The translations under genes and the position numbers were made by a program. This document shows positions 18,901 to 32,931 of a stretch of DNA of 64,000 bases, in pieces (position 1 is the first letter of the stretch; each line of letters starts with the position of its first letter). Below the pieces are notes generated by a model. The model ran no database searches and was not told the DNA's origin. It saw only the letters and a program-made list of their open reading frames with translations. The stretch covers positions 22,196,001 to 22,260,000 of the forward strand of contig OZ260663.1 in the NCBI GenBank assembly GCA_965285935.1, in the 5' to 3' direction. Origin of the DNA: Ophelia neglecta. Lineage: Eukaryota.

Positions 18901-21026
18901 TTCTGGGTCTTGACGATTTCGGAATGATTTAATGGTCTATTCTTGACTTTGTCTACTATCTGACTTGTCCGCCGGATATCCAATCCCGTTTTATCATCTT
19001 ATAATTTTTCTATTTATACATTTTTTTGGGAGGAAATATATTCTCCACTTTAAATGTTCACTATGGAGTTTCAGTACAAGTTGACACTTGTAATTTCATA
19101 TACGACCAACATTTTCTTTGGTTATACCTAAGAGCTATTGACAACGTATTGCGAATAGTATTCTAATAGCCATTCTCTAATGCATTTTAGTGAATCCGGA
19201 AAAAGTGGGATAATCGTGTTTCAGTATTGGCTGCTCAGGAATTGTACCTTATTACTCTTTTCTCACATATATTCGTTTTACATAACATAGTGTATTGTAT
19301 TACTGAATATTAGTATTGATTTTTGTTAGCATATACAAACCATCTTTACATCACATTCAAAACCCTTCTAGATTGAATCCTTCAGGTCAAAAACATGGAT
19401 CTGAACATCAGCGCAATATCCATATCTTCAGCGTTTGTTGAGTTATGTCAATTTTACAATTTACACCAATATACTGTGGCCTTATTGAATTTCAGGTAGT
19501 CAAAAGGGCCATAGAGGCCTGAAACCATGTTAGGTCATTTCCTTATTCAATCTAGACACCAAAATAAAGACTCCACTCGCTTATTTTGAAATCTGTCCCC
19601 GACTATTGAATTGACTGCACTTATATGCTTTTTAAGACTTTAGGTGCTATCCTATCATGTGATGTGTGTTTTTCTTGAGGTTCCTTTTTTTGTGCCATTT
19701 ATATTTCGTGGTTTTGTTTGTCCATGTGCCAATTAATTCTTGTATTATGCTTTTAACTATACATGTACATTGATTTTTACATGACGAAAATAAATAAAAT
19801 CAAAATCAGTCCGTCCTCTTGAAATAAAATATGCAAATATCTTTGATATTATACTAGGAACACTCTCTTGTGCCAATAGGACAGTTAATTTGGCAATACT
19901 TGAAAGTAAAAGGCATTTTTCTATTAGAAGAAATACCGCACACATCTTGGTACGACAGTGTGAATGTGAGGTTTGGGGGGGGGGGGGTTCAATTGCATCG
20001 GGTTTATATTTATTGAGCTCCTTGGGGGCGATAATTCATTTATTGCCTTACCTGACTAGCCTGATAAGACTTCTTATTAATTGGACAATTAAATTTATAT
20101 GTTCAAATACAATTCAATGTAAATAATTAGCTTGAAAATAGCCTAAAAATAAAACCGTTTATGTTTGAGCAATATAATATCCATTATCCGATACGATGCA
20201 GAGGGGTTTTGCTTCAGGCCTACACATTTTGGAGAAGTGACTTTTGCTTAATCTGATACTATAAGTGATAATGACGAGTGTCGGTTTAATCTCCCATTAA
20301 ATAAATAAATAAAAGGAAGCATGGCTCTAAAGTTAGAAACAAATATATGCCTTAAATTCCGGGTAGGCCCCACGTTTATTGCTTAAATGATTGGGGATAT
20401 CTCTGACTATCATTAATGGGCACGGTAGAGGAAATAATTCATATAAACTCTATACATATAGGCATGAGAAGAATCTTTCATATTATAATAAACTCATTGT
20501 GCTAATCAAAGAATGCTTTAACATTAAATGCGTTTAAGGCTTTTATGAATTCAGCATTAATGAATTGGTCCATTACAACTTTTTTTATGACATGCAAACA
20601 TACATTTTATTTAAATTACGACATAAATTATTTACATAACATGTAAGTGAATTAATTTGAAAACCACAAAAAAAATGCTAAAATTTTCAAAATGATTATC
20701 TCTAATGATCCCAATGTCTATGTAACAATATGAATGATTAACATATGTTAATGTTCTAGGTTTTGATTCACTTATCACTTTGTATTATTCTTTCCTCTAC
20801 CCTTACCTGAACTACTGCATTGTTTGGGGAAGTGATTGCAAATCCTATATTGATCCTCTTCTAAAAATCCAAAAACATGCTTTAAAACCAATTAGAAGTG
20901 AAAAGAATATATAATGCATTATCCAGTGATTGAAATATATTATAGACTCTCGCTGCCACATATGGCTCTCCTTCCGTCAATGATTAAAACTGAGGAGAGC
21001 GTCCGAAATCATACATCGAACGGAAG

Positions 21027-24000
21027 ATGGCAAGTCAAGTAGCTGGACAAGGGGCAACCTATGATGATGGAGCGGGCTTTTACGCCAATTACGAACAAAT
21101 CCACCAAAATATCTACGAGAATGCTGAGCCATGTGTTCTTAAGGCATTAGGTACGTAAACTAGAATAGCATATACGTTTTACAGTTATATTGGCGTAAAT
21201 ATTCTATTTAGCAAACGTGTGTTTGAGTATATTGAGTGTCTAGGAAACATACTAGGGCGGCATGATAGAGGAGTTAACTGTAAATGAATACCCATAAACC
21301 TGAATGAACAAAGCGTCATATATGGAGTACTTCACTCAGGACTGTCCTGTGAGTAAAGGTAGAAATTGTACTCATGAAACATCCGTTTCTATAGCAAAAG
21401 CGAATCTTTAAGTTTGAATTGATATTGTCCTCATATATCTTAACATAGCATTTTAACCATGATTGAGAAAATCATCAGTACTGAGAAAGACACGAATAAT
21501 AACAACAGATTTATTGAAATACATTGTCTTCATTTTGTCCCTGTAGAAGATTTGCCATTTAAGGGAGACCTTTTCGTAATATGTGATTACGGCGCAGCGG
21601 ATGGTGGTTGCTCGAAGGATCTTCTCACAAAATGTGTTGGTGAGCCTGCATTATCCGGATACATACAACATTTATATTAAAGTTTATCCATCGTCCAATA
21701 AATTGTGTTTAGTAAAGGAATAAATAATTGGATTAATGAATTGGTGGTGCAATCAAATTCTTGCCATGCTTTCGGTTATTTCTTTTGTTCATTGCTTTCT
21801 TGTGGAACATATCACTGGGATGACTTGAACAATATAGCCCTCTCCCCCTTCACATTAATTGGTTTCACTTTTCAGGGATACTGAAGAGGAATTACGGCGA
21901 GGGACAACAAGTCCAAATCGTGTATGAAGACCAACCAACCAATAGCTTTAACACCCTGTTCCTAGGCTTAAACGGTAGTTCAAATAATACAGATTTAAGA
22001 ACATCAGTATTTTCCTTAAATCAAGACGTACATTTTCGAACGCTTAAGGGATATATAATATATTTCATAATACCATTAATATTGTTTGCATTGCCTTAAG
22101 GACTTTTGGATGACCCTTTGCCCTACCTGGAACAGCCAGGTGTCTATGTCAGCGCGATCGGGAGGTCATTCTTTAAGCAATGTTTACCCGATAACTCTGT
22201 ACACCTTGGATTTAGCTCAAGGGCCTTCAATTGGTTGTCCCAACGGTAAACCATTCCAGCAAACAGTGTCATGAATTATATTCAGTTATGATGAACATTT
22301 TATTTTTTTAAATCGCCATATGCTGGAAACTTGTGCATATGCATTTAATTTCATGTGATTTGAAACTGCACACCGCTGCCAGATAATTATTGATTATTAT
22401 AATTCCTAAAAGAGATTTTTTAACCATAGACGGATAATTCTGTGTAGGTTTTTATTAGAATGAGGAAGCCTCTAACATGATCCGGAAGTCTTGATGTGTA
22501 CATTCTTAATTCTAGGCCTTGTTATATCAGGAACGCTCTTACAATAACTGGTAAAAATGTGGACGCCAATGAAAAAAAGTTATTTTTTGAGCAAGCGGAA
22601 AAGGACTGGTCAAGTATACTACTTCATCGAGCTCGTGAATTAGCACCAGGTGAAATTGACTGGATCTTTGCTAGTAGAAAATATATTATAGAACTTTTTT
22701 TCAAGAAAAGACATTTGTTATATTTGCCGAAGCCAATAAATCATATTCGATGTCATCAAGATTGTGAAAAAGTATATGAACATCCGCTAAGGTAGCCTCC
22801 TTGTTTAAATAATTACGAAAGAATGAGAAAATGTAAAGATAAGTGTTCATTTGAATTTTTGGCGTAGCAGTTTGCATCTCAGTCAAACTAAGCAAACTGT
22901 TAGAAGATCCAATAAGTATGACAATATTTTCCAGGTGCGTCCTTGGTGGTGGTTATCCCCGGAGATAACCCTGAGCTCAGGATCGCAGGGCGGATGAAGG
23001 TGTATGAAACACTTGACTCGGTGTGGAGTGACATGCGAAATGAAGGAATAATCACGCAGGTAGGAATTAACACAAGCTCCCAGTATTTCCATTTGTTCGT
23101 ACGATACGCCAATGATATATATATGGGATTGTCGGGTTTAGAATGAGCAGGCTGTAGACTTACTACATTTAAAGTTCATTTTGGCAGTGCTATCGAATAA
23201 GTATATATCCAATAATTAATGTCTAGGTGAATAATCTTGTTTGGAGTGTACCGGCATGATAGTGGTTATTAAATGCTTATTAATCTATTTCATAGGTTAA
23301 TTGCGAAATAGGGCAACTCTTTATCTGCAAATTTTGAATGAAGGTCTAAGAGAAGGTATTAGTATAGCGTCACCGCCACACCCCCTCGAGGGACCGCGCC
23401 ACAAAATTAATTTCTAAGAACGCGGGCATCACTTTTCCAATTAGTTCATGATTTACTATCCCTAGTTGTATGTTACTGAGACTGAAAATCTGAAAATAAG
23501 ACCTGTTATTTGCGATGCTCGAATGAATATATAGGCCATTGTTGTCTGCTTGATTAAGCAAGCAACAATGAACGGACTGGATGAATCTGATCAGGACGCC
23601 CAAGATTAGCTCATCCAATTACTCGGGGACAAGGATAACATTATATACATTATATCAAAACTTATATCGCTTACTTGCCACTTTGATATATACAAAGTTT
23701 CATCAAACAAATGATATTGGCTGAGGGCAAAAGGTAACTATTTAGTTTATTGAATCACCAGATGTTGATTACTGGTTTGCGCTTGTGAAATTTAAAGTAG
23801 GCGCTCATCTGTCATCTATATAGGTTGCCTAACGCCCCGTAAAATTAGACGTTATTCACTCGAAATATTTACAAATTCAGCTTAAGTTATTTTTTATCTT
23901 ATGTGTATTTTCGTGCGGAAATTGTTTTAAAAGCGCCCTATTTACCATAAAAAATGGGCTAGAAATAAAACTGCACATTACTAGCGTTGACTTCATGTAC

Positions 24001-26479
24001 ATTAATTGGCGAATGTGCTGGTTACCCTAACGTTTCGGAAAGTTTTTCTCGAGCCTTTTTTATCGCACATTTCAGTACTTATTTTGCACTTAAAGCAGGA
24101 ATAATCCTTATAATTATGTAACGCTAATCCGTGCCAATATTATCTTGAGTGAAATGCATTTTGGCTGCAATCAAAAAATGCTGCCGTCGACCATGTTCCA
24201 GGGATCCTGGCTCCCCGAGTTAAAGAAACGAAGTTAGCCTAGTTTATGTCTAGCTATATTAAGTAGACTTGCTTTACCCTGATTAAATTACTTGAATACG
24301 AAACTGATTCTCTTGTTAAATACTATAATTAACCAAACCGGGGATAGTCCTGACTAGCGCATGAGAATAAGACCTAAGGAACGGACCATTAGATATCTAG
24401 GGGGGGGGGGGGGGCAGAGAACTTGGCTCTAGTCAGGAAATTTTTTTTCATGAACAAAGTTGACAGAAAATTTTTTTTCACCACAGAATCTGCCAGATTA
24501 TTTATTTTCTCTATATAATATGTTTTTTTACTTAAAAATAATAGACAGATTATTTTTATTATTTTTTCTGGCAGATTATTTTTTTTTTGAGAAAATCAAA
24601 GCCAGAAAATTTATTTTCATTTTTTTCTGCCCCCCCCCCCCCCCCTAGATATCTAATGGTCCGTCCCTAATGATATTTGTGAAAATCCAATACAAACTTT
24701 TTTTTAGGGAGGGGTTGGGGGGTGGGGAGTGTTCCGAAAAGAAAAGAACAATGTTCGTCTTTTGCTATAGACATACGTTGAAAATTTGAGAGCATCCCTA
24801 AGGAAGTAAGGCGTATATCAATGTAATGTGCATTCCAGATCCGGTGTACCTCCCAATCATGACGCAGCACATCACACATACGAAAAGAGAAACTGTACAA
24901 ATTGAAATATTCCAGTATTTTCAGCACTGAATACAAATAAATCACGGGCACGGGAACATCCTATACATTGTTCACTAATCTTTGGAAGTTTTATTGTCGA
25001 TATAAACACTAACTTTCCTGTTGTTAGTTGAACACGGAAGGAGGGCCACAATGGAACTGAATGGCTCGACATTTTATTCAAAAAAATTCGATGATCTCCC
25101 CAATTTTACATCACAGTTTGGGGCAATTTGACAATTTATGAGAGATAAACCCGCCCTTCCGACATGACACGCGAACCTCCGAAGTTTACTTTCGCCCGGT
25201 ATTTGCATAAACATTCTGAAAGTCTGACTGCCTGGGCTAGATGACCCGCAGAATATCTTTGGGCTGGTAGGCTAATATTACTTTTAATTTGATTTTTTAC
25301 TGAGAAAAACAATTGTTATAATTGAAAAGGTGAACAATCGGTAAAAAAATATATTAAAACAAAAATAAAAATAAATTCGCGTGCGCGCTTCACTTTTTAG
25401 AGATGCTCAAGACGCTAAATTAATACCTTTTAAGGCCTAACTGCCCTCTTCTCCGTACCGATGTCCTCAATTTTGTTATGAATCTTCGATACGAATATTG
25501 AATTTATTTTTGGACAAAGAAATTTGAAACGCACTGAGTTTTTTTATTGCATGCAATGACTGTGAGGAATTCTGAACATTTAGAAAGAATTCACAGAAGC
25601 AAGTGCCACAACCTACAGTCGTTCAGAAGCAGAGTTAAAAGCTCCTTTCTCAGATAGAAATTCAGAAGTGTACCAATCTGGCCTGAGACTAGTTTCTCTG
25701 CAGTGGATACACACTGAAGATCCTTTTCAAGTAAAATGGAAGGAAAATAAACAAAACGGTAATTCGATAATAATATCCTATATTGAATAATCTTAATCGG
25801 AATCTTCGAAGTTTCTCAACTGGTCGATATAGGTCACTGGCGATCAAAATTACCAAATGCCTTAATTTAAGTAATTAAGTGTTCACTTACTGCATGTGTG
25901 ATAGTTTTGGTTTTACGTAGGAGCCCTGGCTGCCAAGGAACACGCCAAGTCCTTCGCTGACAATATAAAAGCAGGAGGCTATCATGCTGTATATGAAGGT
26001 CTAGATAAAACTCGACAGGATGGAGAAAAACAAAAGATTATGGAAACACTTGCCTCAAGGTAATATCAGGTAGATAACGCTCAAGTGGGTCATCACTGTC
26101 AGTAAGACCCACTTCTCGCGTGATTGCATAGCTCACGTTAAATCCAATGGTGTCAACTGCTCGAAACGCGAGTTATGTACAGATGGGATGACACGAACAT
26201 TTTGAGTCTTTGGAATGATGAGTGTTTTAGTAGCTTAGTACATGATTACAGGATAAACTTGATAATTAGTTCTAAAGCTCCACCTCACAGTATTAGAATC
26301 CATGCAATATTTAAACAACTGCCAGTCATTAATTTAAGTTCCGTTCATATCATTGCAGGCGTTTACATGTGCCTCTTATATAATATTCCAGGTTTGTAGA
26401 TATGGTGGCAGAGGACCCAACTGGGTTTTCTTATGAAAGCGTTCATGCCATCATCCACATGAAAAAGATAAAAGAGTGA
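21027..26479 (+). CDS. SABATH-family (Methyltransf_7) SAM-dependent methyltransferase, 9 exons, 373 aa
   Basis: Exons 21027-21150, 21547-21639, 21876-21974, 22101-22245, 22516-22649, 22935-23059, 25584-25758, 25921-26059, 26392-26479. All introns are GT-AG, phases are consistent, and the 1122-nt CDS has no internal stop. Family motifs appear in order: G..FYAN, ICDYGAADG (SAM motif I), EDQPTNSFNTLF, GRSFFKQCLPDNSVHLGFSSRAFNWLS, QAEKDWSSILLHRARELAPG, MRNEGIIT, YSRSEAELKAPF. Confidence 0.9.
24378..24667. mobile_element. PIF/Harbinger-type (Tourist-like) MITE in methyltransferase intron 6
   Basis: TIRs ggaacggaccattagatatctag(G)n / (C)nctagatatctaatggtccgtccc; TAA target duplication at 24375-24377 and 24668-24670. 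Confidence 0.85.
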
Positions 26480-26630
26480 GGCATACAGCACTGGCTATGG
26501 TATGTAGTATAAAGTATATAGCGAAGTATAAAAAGAGGGAAATACAAAATTACTAAGGTGATACGCCGTCAAAATGTGTCTTACATATATACCATATATA
26601 TTGTACTACCAGAATCAAATTTCCAAAGTA

Positions 26631-27460
26631 TTAAAGGCTATTTGAATATTGGATGATTGAATTGAGACGATAATTTATCCTATTGCAGCGTATATCATAC
26701 AGCTATTCTTATGAGATTAATAACAGACATGAATAGATAAAAGTACAATTGCTTGATTACCATATTGTGTTTGAACTTGATGTTGTTAAGAAAACTGGTA
26801 CATTTAATCTGCATTAAATAACCGTTTGAACAATGATCGTGGTACCATATGTGCCTATCATAATTGGCCGTATGCATGTTTATTAACAATGATTCCTTTA
26901 CATCACAACACAATCGAACCATATATATTCTGCAATTCTACACATTTTACTCGTCATTAGCAAATCAATGTACTGGGGTTTTACATATTTAAGGGAAATC
27001 CATTAACTTATTGTTAATAACTTATTTCCTCAAACATCTGTTATCCTAAGTTTTAAAGGTTATTTGAATATTGGATGATTTAATTGAGAAGACAATTTAT
27101 CCTATTGCAGCGTATATCATACAGCTATTCCTATCAGATTAAAGGCAGACATGAATAGATAAAAGTACAATTGCTTGATTACCATATTGTGTTTGAACTT
27201 GATATTGTTAAGAAAACTGGTACATTTAATCTGCATTAAATAATCGTTTGAACAATGATCGTGCTGTCATATGTGTCTATCATAATTGGCCTATGCATGT
27301 TTATTAACAATGATTCCTTTACATCACAACACAATCGAACCATATATATTCTGCAGTACTACATTTTACTCGTCATTAGCATCTCAATGTACTGGGTTTA
27401 GCATCTCAATGTACTGGGTTTTTACATATTTAAGGAAAACCCATACTTATTGTTAATAAC
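26631..27460. repeat. Tandem direct duplication, unit about 420 bp, immediately 3' of the methyltransferase gene
   Basis: ttaaagg(c/t)tatttgaatattggatgatt...cctattgcagcgtatatcatacagctattc...cttattgttaataac starts at about 26631 and again at about 27053, with scattered substitutions. Confidence 0.9.
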
Positions 27461-28719
27461 CTAATAATACTTTATGCATTTATAATGTATAGGAGTTCAA
27501 TGATGGATGTTTCACTCTGTTTATCAATAAATGACAAATGTATTCTCTCAAAATAAGGCCTTATTTTCATACAATAAGAAATACGTAAGGTTTGGAATAA
27601 GTTAACCATTATATTCCAAATATTTTGATTATTAGCAGTCATGTGACCTAACCCATTTATCAAATTGCTGTAGAACGACCAAAAACAAAATAAAACGGGG
27701 CGATGATAAGTCCAAAAGAAGGACAAGGGGTAAATTATAATGAGGGGCGGGCTTCTACACCAATTCTAATATCATTCACATTTGATGTCTTCAAGAAACT
27801 TGAGCCGATTATTAGTTAGATACTTGTTACGGGACATTTTGTAAACTAGCATATCAGTTAAGTATCTTTTGGTCACAAATATTCTCTTCCGCAAACGTAT
27901 GGATAAACTATCAAAATGAAGCAAGCCAGCCGACATGATAATGCCGAAAACAGTAAGAAGGTTTGCTATTTGAATAAATATTGTTTAAATCCTTAAACTA
28001 TATCATTTATGTTGAAAGAAAAACAGGATTTAGCTTTGGAGTTAAGAGGACTTTGTCAAAAAGTAATGGTTAACAGAGACAGGTTGAAATAAAAAAAAGC
28101 AATACATTTTCAGCTTCCTGGAAGAATAAACAAACAGGAAATATTTCCGATTCGCAAGAAATAAATAACTGAATAATAGGTCGCTAACAATTTCCTTCCC
28201 CTAATATCTCAGTATGTCTGTCAAATCTCTTTTTATTGACCATATAAAACGCCAAACTATTCTCAAGAAACTTTAATGCCATTTCGTGCCAAAAAACACT
28301 CTTACATACACTGCCAAAGTTAAGTCCACGTCCACTTGAAATTGTTAATCACAAAACGGTTATTCTCCTCGGAAACTCGCCAAGGAATCAGTTTGAAACG
28401 CTCCGACAGCCATCCTTAAATCTCGCCGAACATAGGAGAATAATTGGTTGAGCGCGATTGGTTCACCTTTTTGCACCGACTACGCCTAGAAGAATTTTTT
28501 TTCACGATTGGTCAGCTTAACAGCTATACCGGCTTAGTTCGGCGCTCGCTGGTTTACCCCGACCGATCTGGTCGGTGCAGCGCCGAAAATGACGGCGAAA
28601 AGAAATCGCGGGCTATCACTAAGATTGCTTTTGTAATCGTGTATTTAACTGTTCGACTGTTAATAGTGCCAGAAAACAATGGCCAAAGGGTTTGATAATT
28701 TTTACGTTAATATTGGCTC

Positions 28720-29610
28720 CAACTCCTACTGATTTCATTAATAGTGTGAATCCTTCTTCTATGTTTCTGAATCCTGTGAATAGAGAAGAAATCCGTAACA
28801 TTATTGTATCACTAGTGAGTCTAGTGGAGGTTGGGACGGAGTAAGTCCAAAAATAGTTAAATTGTCTTACTTCTTACCAATATTTCCTTCAGTTCATGTA
28901 ACATTTATTTAAATCATCACTATCCGAGGGTATATTTCCCAACGAGCTTAATGTGGCACAATGTATCCATTTGCACAAAAATAGCAATAGAACGTTGGTG
29001 AACAATTACAGGCCTGCATCGGAACTCCCCATTTTCTCAAAACATTTAGAGAAATTAATGTATTCCAGAATAATTGAATTTGTTAATGTGAATGACATTT
29101 TATATAAATTGTCTGTCTTACTTGGAAAACTTTATGAAAATAGATTTAGGGGAGATACTTATGCATGGCTTAGCAATGATTTAACCAATATGTTTCTTAT
29201 CTTGATACTACCTCAGACAGTAGACCCATTACATTCGATGTACCCCAGGGATCGATATTGGGTGCCTAGTTATTTTTCTTATACATCCAATAGATGATCA
29301 ATCCTCTGTTTTATTTTCGGTATTTTTGCTAACTACATCATTGTTTTTGTTAATGATAGAAACGTGGATGCCTTGAGCAACACTATAAATATGGAACTTG
29401 TAACAACTGGAAATGCTCAATGTTAATAAGCTACCCATTAATGTAAAAAAAACTCATTATATTAAATTTTGTAATGAGGTTATTTCTTTTGTGTAGAAAG
29501 AATGCATTCAACTATATTCCTTGGTGTCATTAAAGATTCGAATTAAAATGTATGGATCACGTTCAACTTAATAATCTGAAGTGTCGAAAGGAATAGCCAT
29601 TTTGAATGTA
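28720..29610 (+). mobile_element. Decayed CR1/L2-group LINE reverse-transcriptase fragment
   Basis: NYRPASELPIFSKHLEKLMYSRI resembles the RT motif NYRPISxLPxxSKxLEK. Upstream lie fragments resembling SSGGWDG and GIFPNEL, and downstream gtaccccagggatcgatattgggt reads VPQGSILG. Many frameshifts and deletions. Confidence 0.75.
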
Positions 29611-30898
29611 TATGTCGGAAGACACTTGGCTTATCCATCCATCCTCAAAAATGAAAATATTCCATGTTAAAAAGACATTGACAGGTTTGAAATCCAACCG
29701 CAAGCAATCATCAGTTGGACGAGGTCAACCCATTATGTACGCTGCAGTCACACTATATAAACAGACAAATTAAAAGACAGTCCCCCGCATCTAAAAGAAA
29801 AACCCCTATATGGTTGAAGATGTAGGCTTTCCAAAGGCTACTAGTTCAATGGTTCCCTACAGGATCTCTTCTTTCGATCAAGGTGGTGCATTTTACGATA
29901 CAATAAAAAAAACTATTGACACAGAGTCCCCCCCCCCCCCCCACACACACACACACATATACATATCCCTATCCACCATCCTCTCCTGTCCAATCCGTGG
30001 CAGCATTGGCCAGTCACGTCCATGTGCTGTGAGCTAGAGGTGTCAACTATGCCTATTGTAGTAGAATCATTCTTGCTGGTGCTGCTCAATTCACTGGCTT
30101 GACACAGTGCTTTTCCGTAGAAACCTTTGTTGCGTAAATAGCTTAAATAGCTACATAGCTTAACGGAGCACTAAGTGAATGAAAAAGCCGGGTGATAATT
30201 TCAATAAGAACATTGTTGGCCCACAGGTAACGCTTGTATTTTGTTTACGGCGGCTACCCGGCCAGAGGGGTCTGCTCTTTACTAAAATCCCTGTCATTCC
30301 TGATCGCACAACTCCTCCCTTTATAATTCGCGAGGAATTTGTCCAAAAACCACCCTCTTTCTTAGGAATCGGAGACCGCGGAGATTTCTAGCACAGTGTC
30401 TATCTCTGCGAAATGAAGAATGCTCATGAATGTCCGTCCTACAACTGGTGGAAGGTACACAGGCTACGCACTTCGATTACTGTTTTCTTCAGAGAGGAGC
30501 TAATGGTTATTTTCGTGACGCGTGAATGAACAATTTATTCCCTGCATGTGAAACATCAATGGTGCTTGTTGTTTTGCGTGAATGCGAATTAGCGAATAAC
30601 TTAGAGTGAGAAAAAAGTAAAAATATAACTGATTAAGGTAGAGTTTTATCGAAGTTTTATACTTCATTCCATTCATTTGAAAATGAATCAACTTTCCCCC
30701 ACAAGTTTTAAAACATTTTCCCACTTTAAATGATGTAATAAAGACCCGGTCCTCCTTTTTAATACTATGCAATGAGTCGACTTTAGTCGACTTTTAGCAG
30801 TGTTAGAGGAAGAATGACTTCTTTTTTTGAATGTCCGGCTCCTTTCTTTATCCTAAAGTTTATAGGTCTGCCACCCCAAGTTCAGTTTTTTTGGATAA

Positions 30899-31592
30899 TT
30901 ATGCCTGAGGGACCTGAGGCATCATATAGTTTGGTCATCCGTCGGTAAAGTTTTAACAGCAGTAAGTCAAGAACGGTTCAAGCAATTTCTTTGCTCCTAC
31001 ATGGGAGTTATTATTGCAAAGGGGGACATCAACTGATGAGGTTATCGGACCGATTGAAAAAACAAGATGGCCGCCACATTGTGTACGTCAAGATTTGTTT
31101 GGGACGCGATATTTCTTGAACCGTTTGGGGATGATTTCGTAACTTCATGGGAGTCTTCGATGGAAACTTGCACTGACCTGAAAAGTTTTTGGGCCCGAGG
31201 GCAATCATTTTACAATGTTGAAAAATGTCATCTTTTTAAGCCTAAAGGTGCAAGATAGTCATATCAAATGTATTGGACACTAACAGGAAATCATGAACAA
31301 GGAATTCAGTGGTGGCCTTGAATTTGACCTTGGGTCTGTTTTTCAAGGTTTAAATCAAATCTCAGCATATTTTACTGCGAGTCTAAATAGCAATCGTTGC
31401 AAGCTATACAAATCGGATGTATTAACCACTAATAGGAAAACGAATACAGGGAAACAAGTGGGGACCTTGAATTTGACTAAGGGTCTCATTTACAAGGTGA
31501 GGGTAAAAATTTAAGATTTATTTTGATAGTCTAGATCTTTATTGGTTCCTTTTAATGGCAGCGGGCTTGTGTTTCTAAACACCCAAGATTTT
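30899..31592 (+). mobile_element. Non-autonomous Helentron/DINE-like element
   Basis: Short inverted repeat atgcct...aggcat at the 5' end followed by catccgtc, internal tgaccttg repeats, and a 3' palindrome gtgttt-ct-aaacac just before a T run. This layout is typical of invertebrate DINE/Helentron repeats. Confidence 0.5.
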
Positions 31593-32931
31593 AATACTAT
31601 TTGGATAAAAGGTAAAATAAAAGTACATTTAAACTTGGGTCAAAGTTGGTAACTTTACCTTTATTGTACCTTTTTATGTCACATGACTCTGATGTTGTCT
31701 TAACATGTCAGTTAATTTCATAACAGCGCTAAACATTAATGATGTTGGTGTCCTAAACATTCACAATGTTAATTTATCATTCATACAATTTGTATGATAG
31801 AGATATGCAGCCCCATCAATTCCTAGGACCTTATTTATCAAATATTGTAAACTTAATTCCACAAACTATTTTGAACAACATTAAATATGACATAAATTAA
31901 CTTAGTAGCTGGAATGGAAATACATGTGCTGACTTCATTTAATACTTAATATTGACCTTACATTAATTAATTCAACCATAAGATGTGTGTACTGTCTCTG
32001 TCTCTCCCTCTCTAAGCATAAATCAGTTGAAAAAGGATGCAACACAATTATTATAGTAATGAGCCTTTATTTTTCTATCAACAAGATCTATGTTGCGGCA
32101 TGATAGTCTTAGGGGTCTGGGATTTTTTCGGCAATATGTGCATTTTTTTTATTTTTAGCTATTCTTGCCGTTTCATGAAATTTCCAGTGTTTTGAATAAA
32201 AGAAATAAGTTTGGGTCATTGGGGGAGGGGGGTGGCTGGGAGCCACTATTGATTTCAATTTGCCAGGAGTGATTGTGTGACAGATACGTTTGCTCTCCCT
32301 CTCTCTTAATTGGTGGGGGCATTTCTAAAAGCCTTGTTTGTTTAAAACAATACAGCCATTGCTTAGGTGATGGAATGATATTTAGTATTTGAGTAGTGGC
32401 CATCAAATCAATTTAATTCTGAGAAACCCTGAGAAAATCATAAGGTAATTTTAAATTTATAGGAACTACTTTACAATATTAAAAGTAAAACTGCAATCAC
32501 TGCTGTCACATCGTTCATATGAAAACTTAAAAATTTCATTATTCCATTGGTAAAACTTTTGTACGTGATGTAGGCATTAGAGAAAAATAAAATAATCAAA
32601 GCAATATAAAACATCCTCATGTTTGTACATAGTTCTGTAGACTAGATGACCTGTTTTCTGACAAAGCACCTCTTATTAAGACAAAGCTCATCAAGCTACA
32701 GCCTTTGTTTTACAAAATGTCCACTTTTCGGTCTCCTATCACAAAGAATACTCTCTGGACACAAATTTATGTGCTGTTCTCTTCTGCGATTCATTTTATC
32801 ATCTTGCACTAACTGCTCGCAACTCAGCTGTCACCACAGATTCAAAATACCATTGAAATCCATGCGACAACATTTAGCTCAGCTCCTCACTCTATGGGGC
32901 ACTTTTTCCCTCTTTTGAGTAGCTCTTTTTC

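Noticed and set aside
17200-19400. Possible decayed retroelement on the minus strand
   Set aside because: The composition is suggestive, but I could not recover any diagnostic protein motif.
31030-31062. CTGATGAG followed by a short stem, resembling a hammerhead ribozyme core
   Set aside because: The required GAAA does not directly follow stem II (it reads GATT), and stems I and III are not evident.
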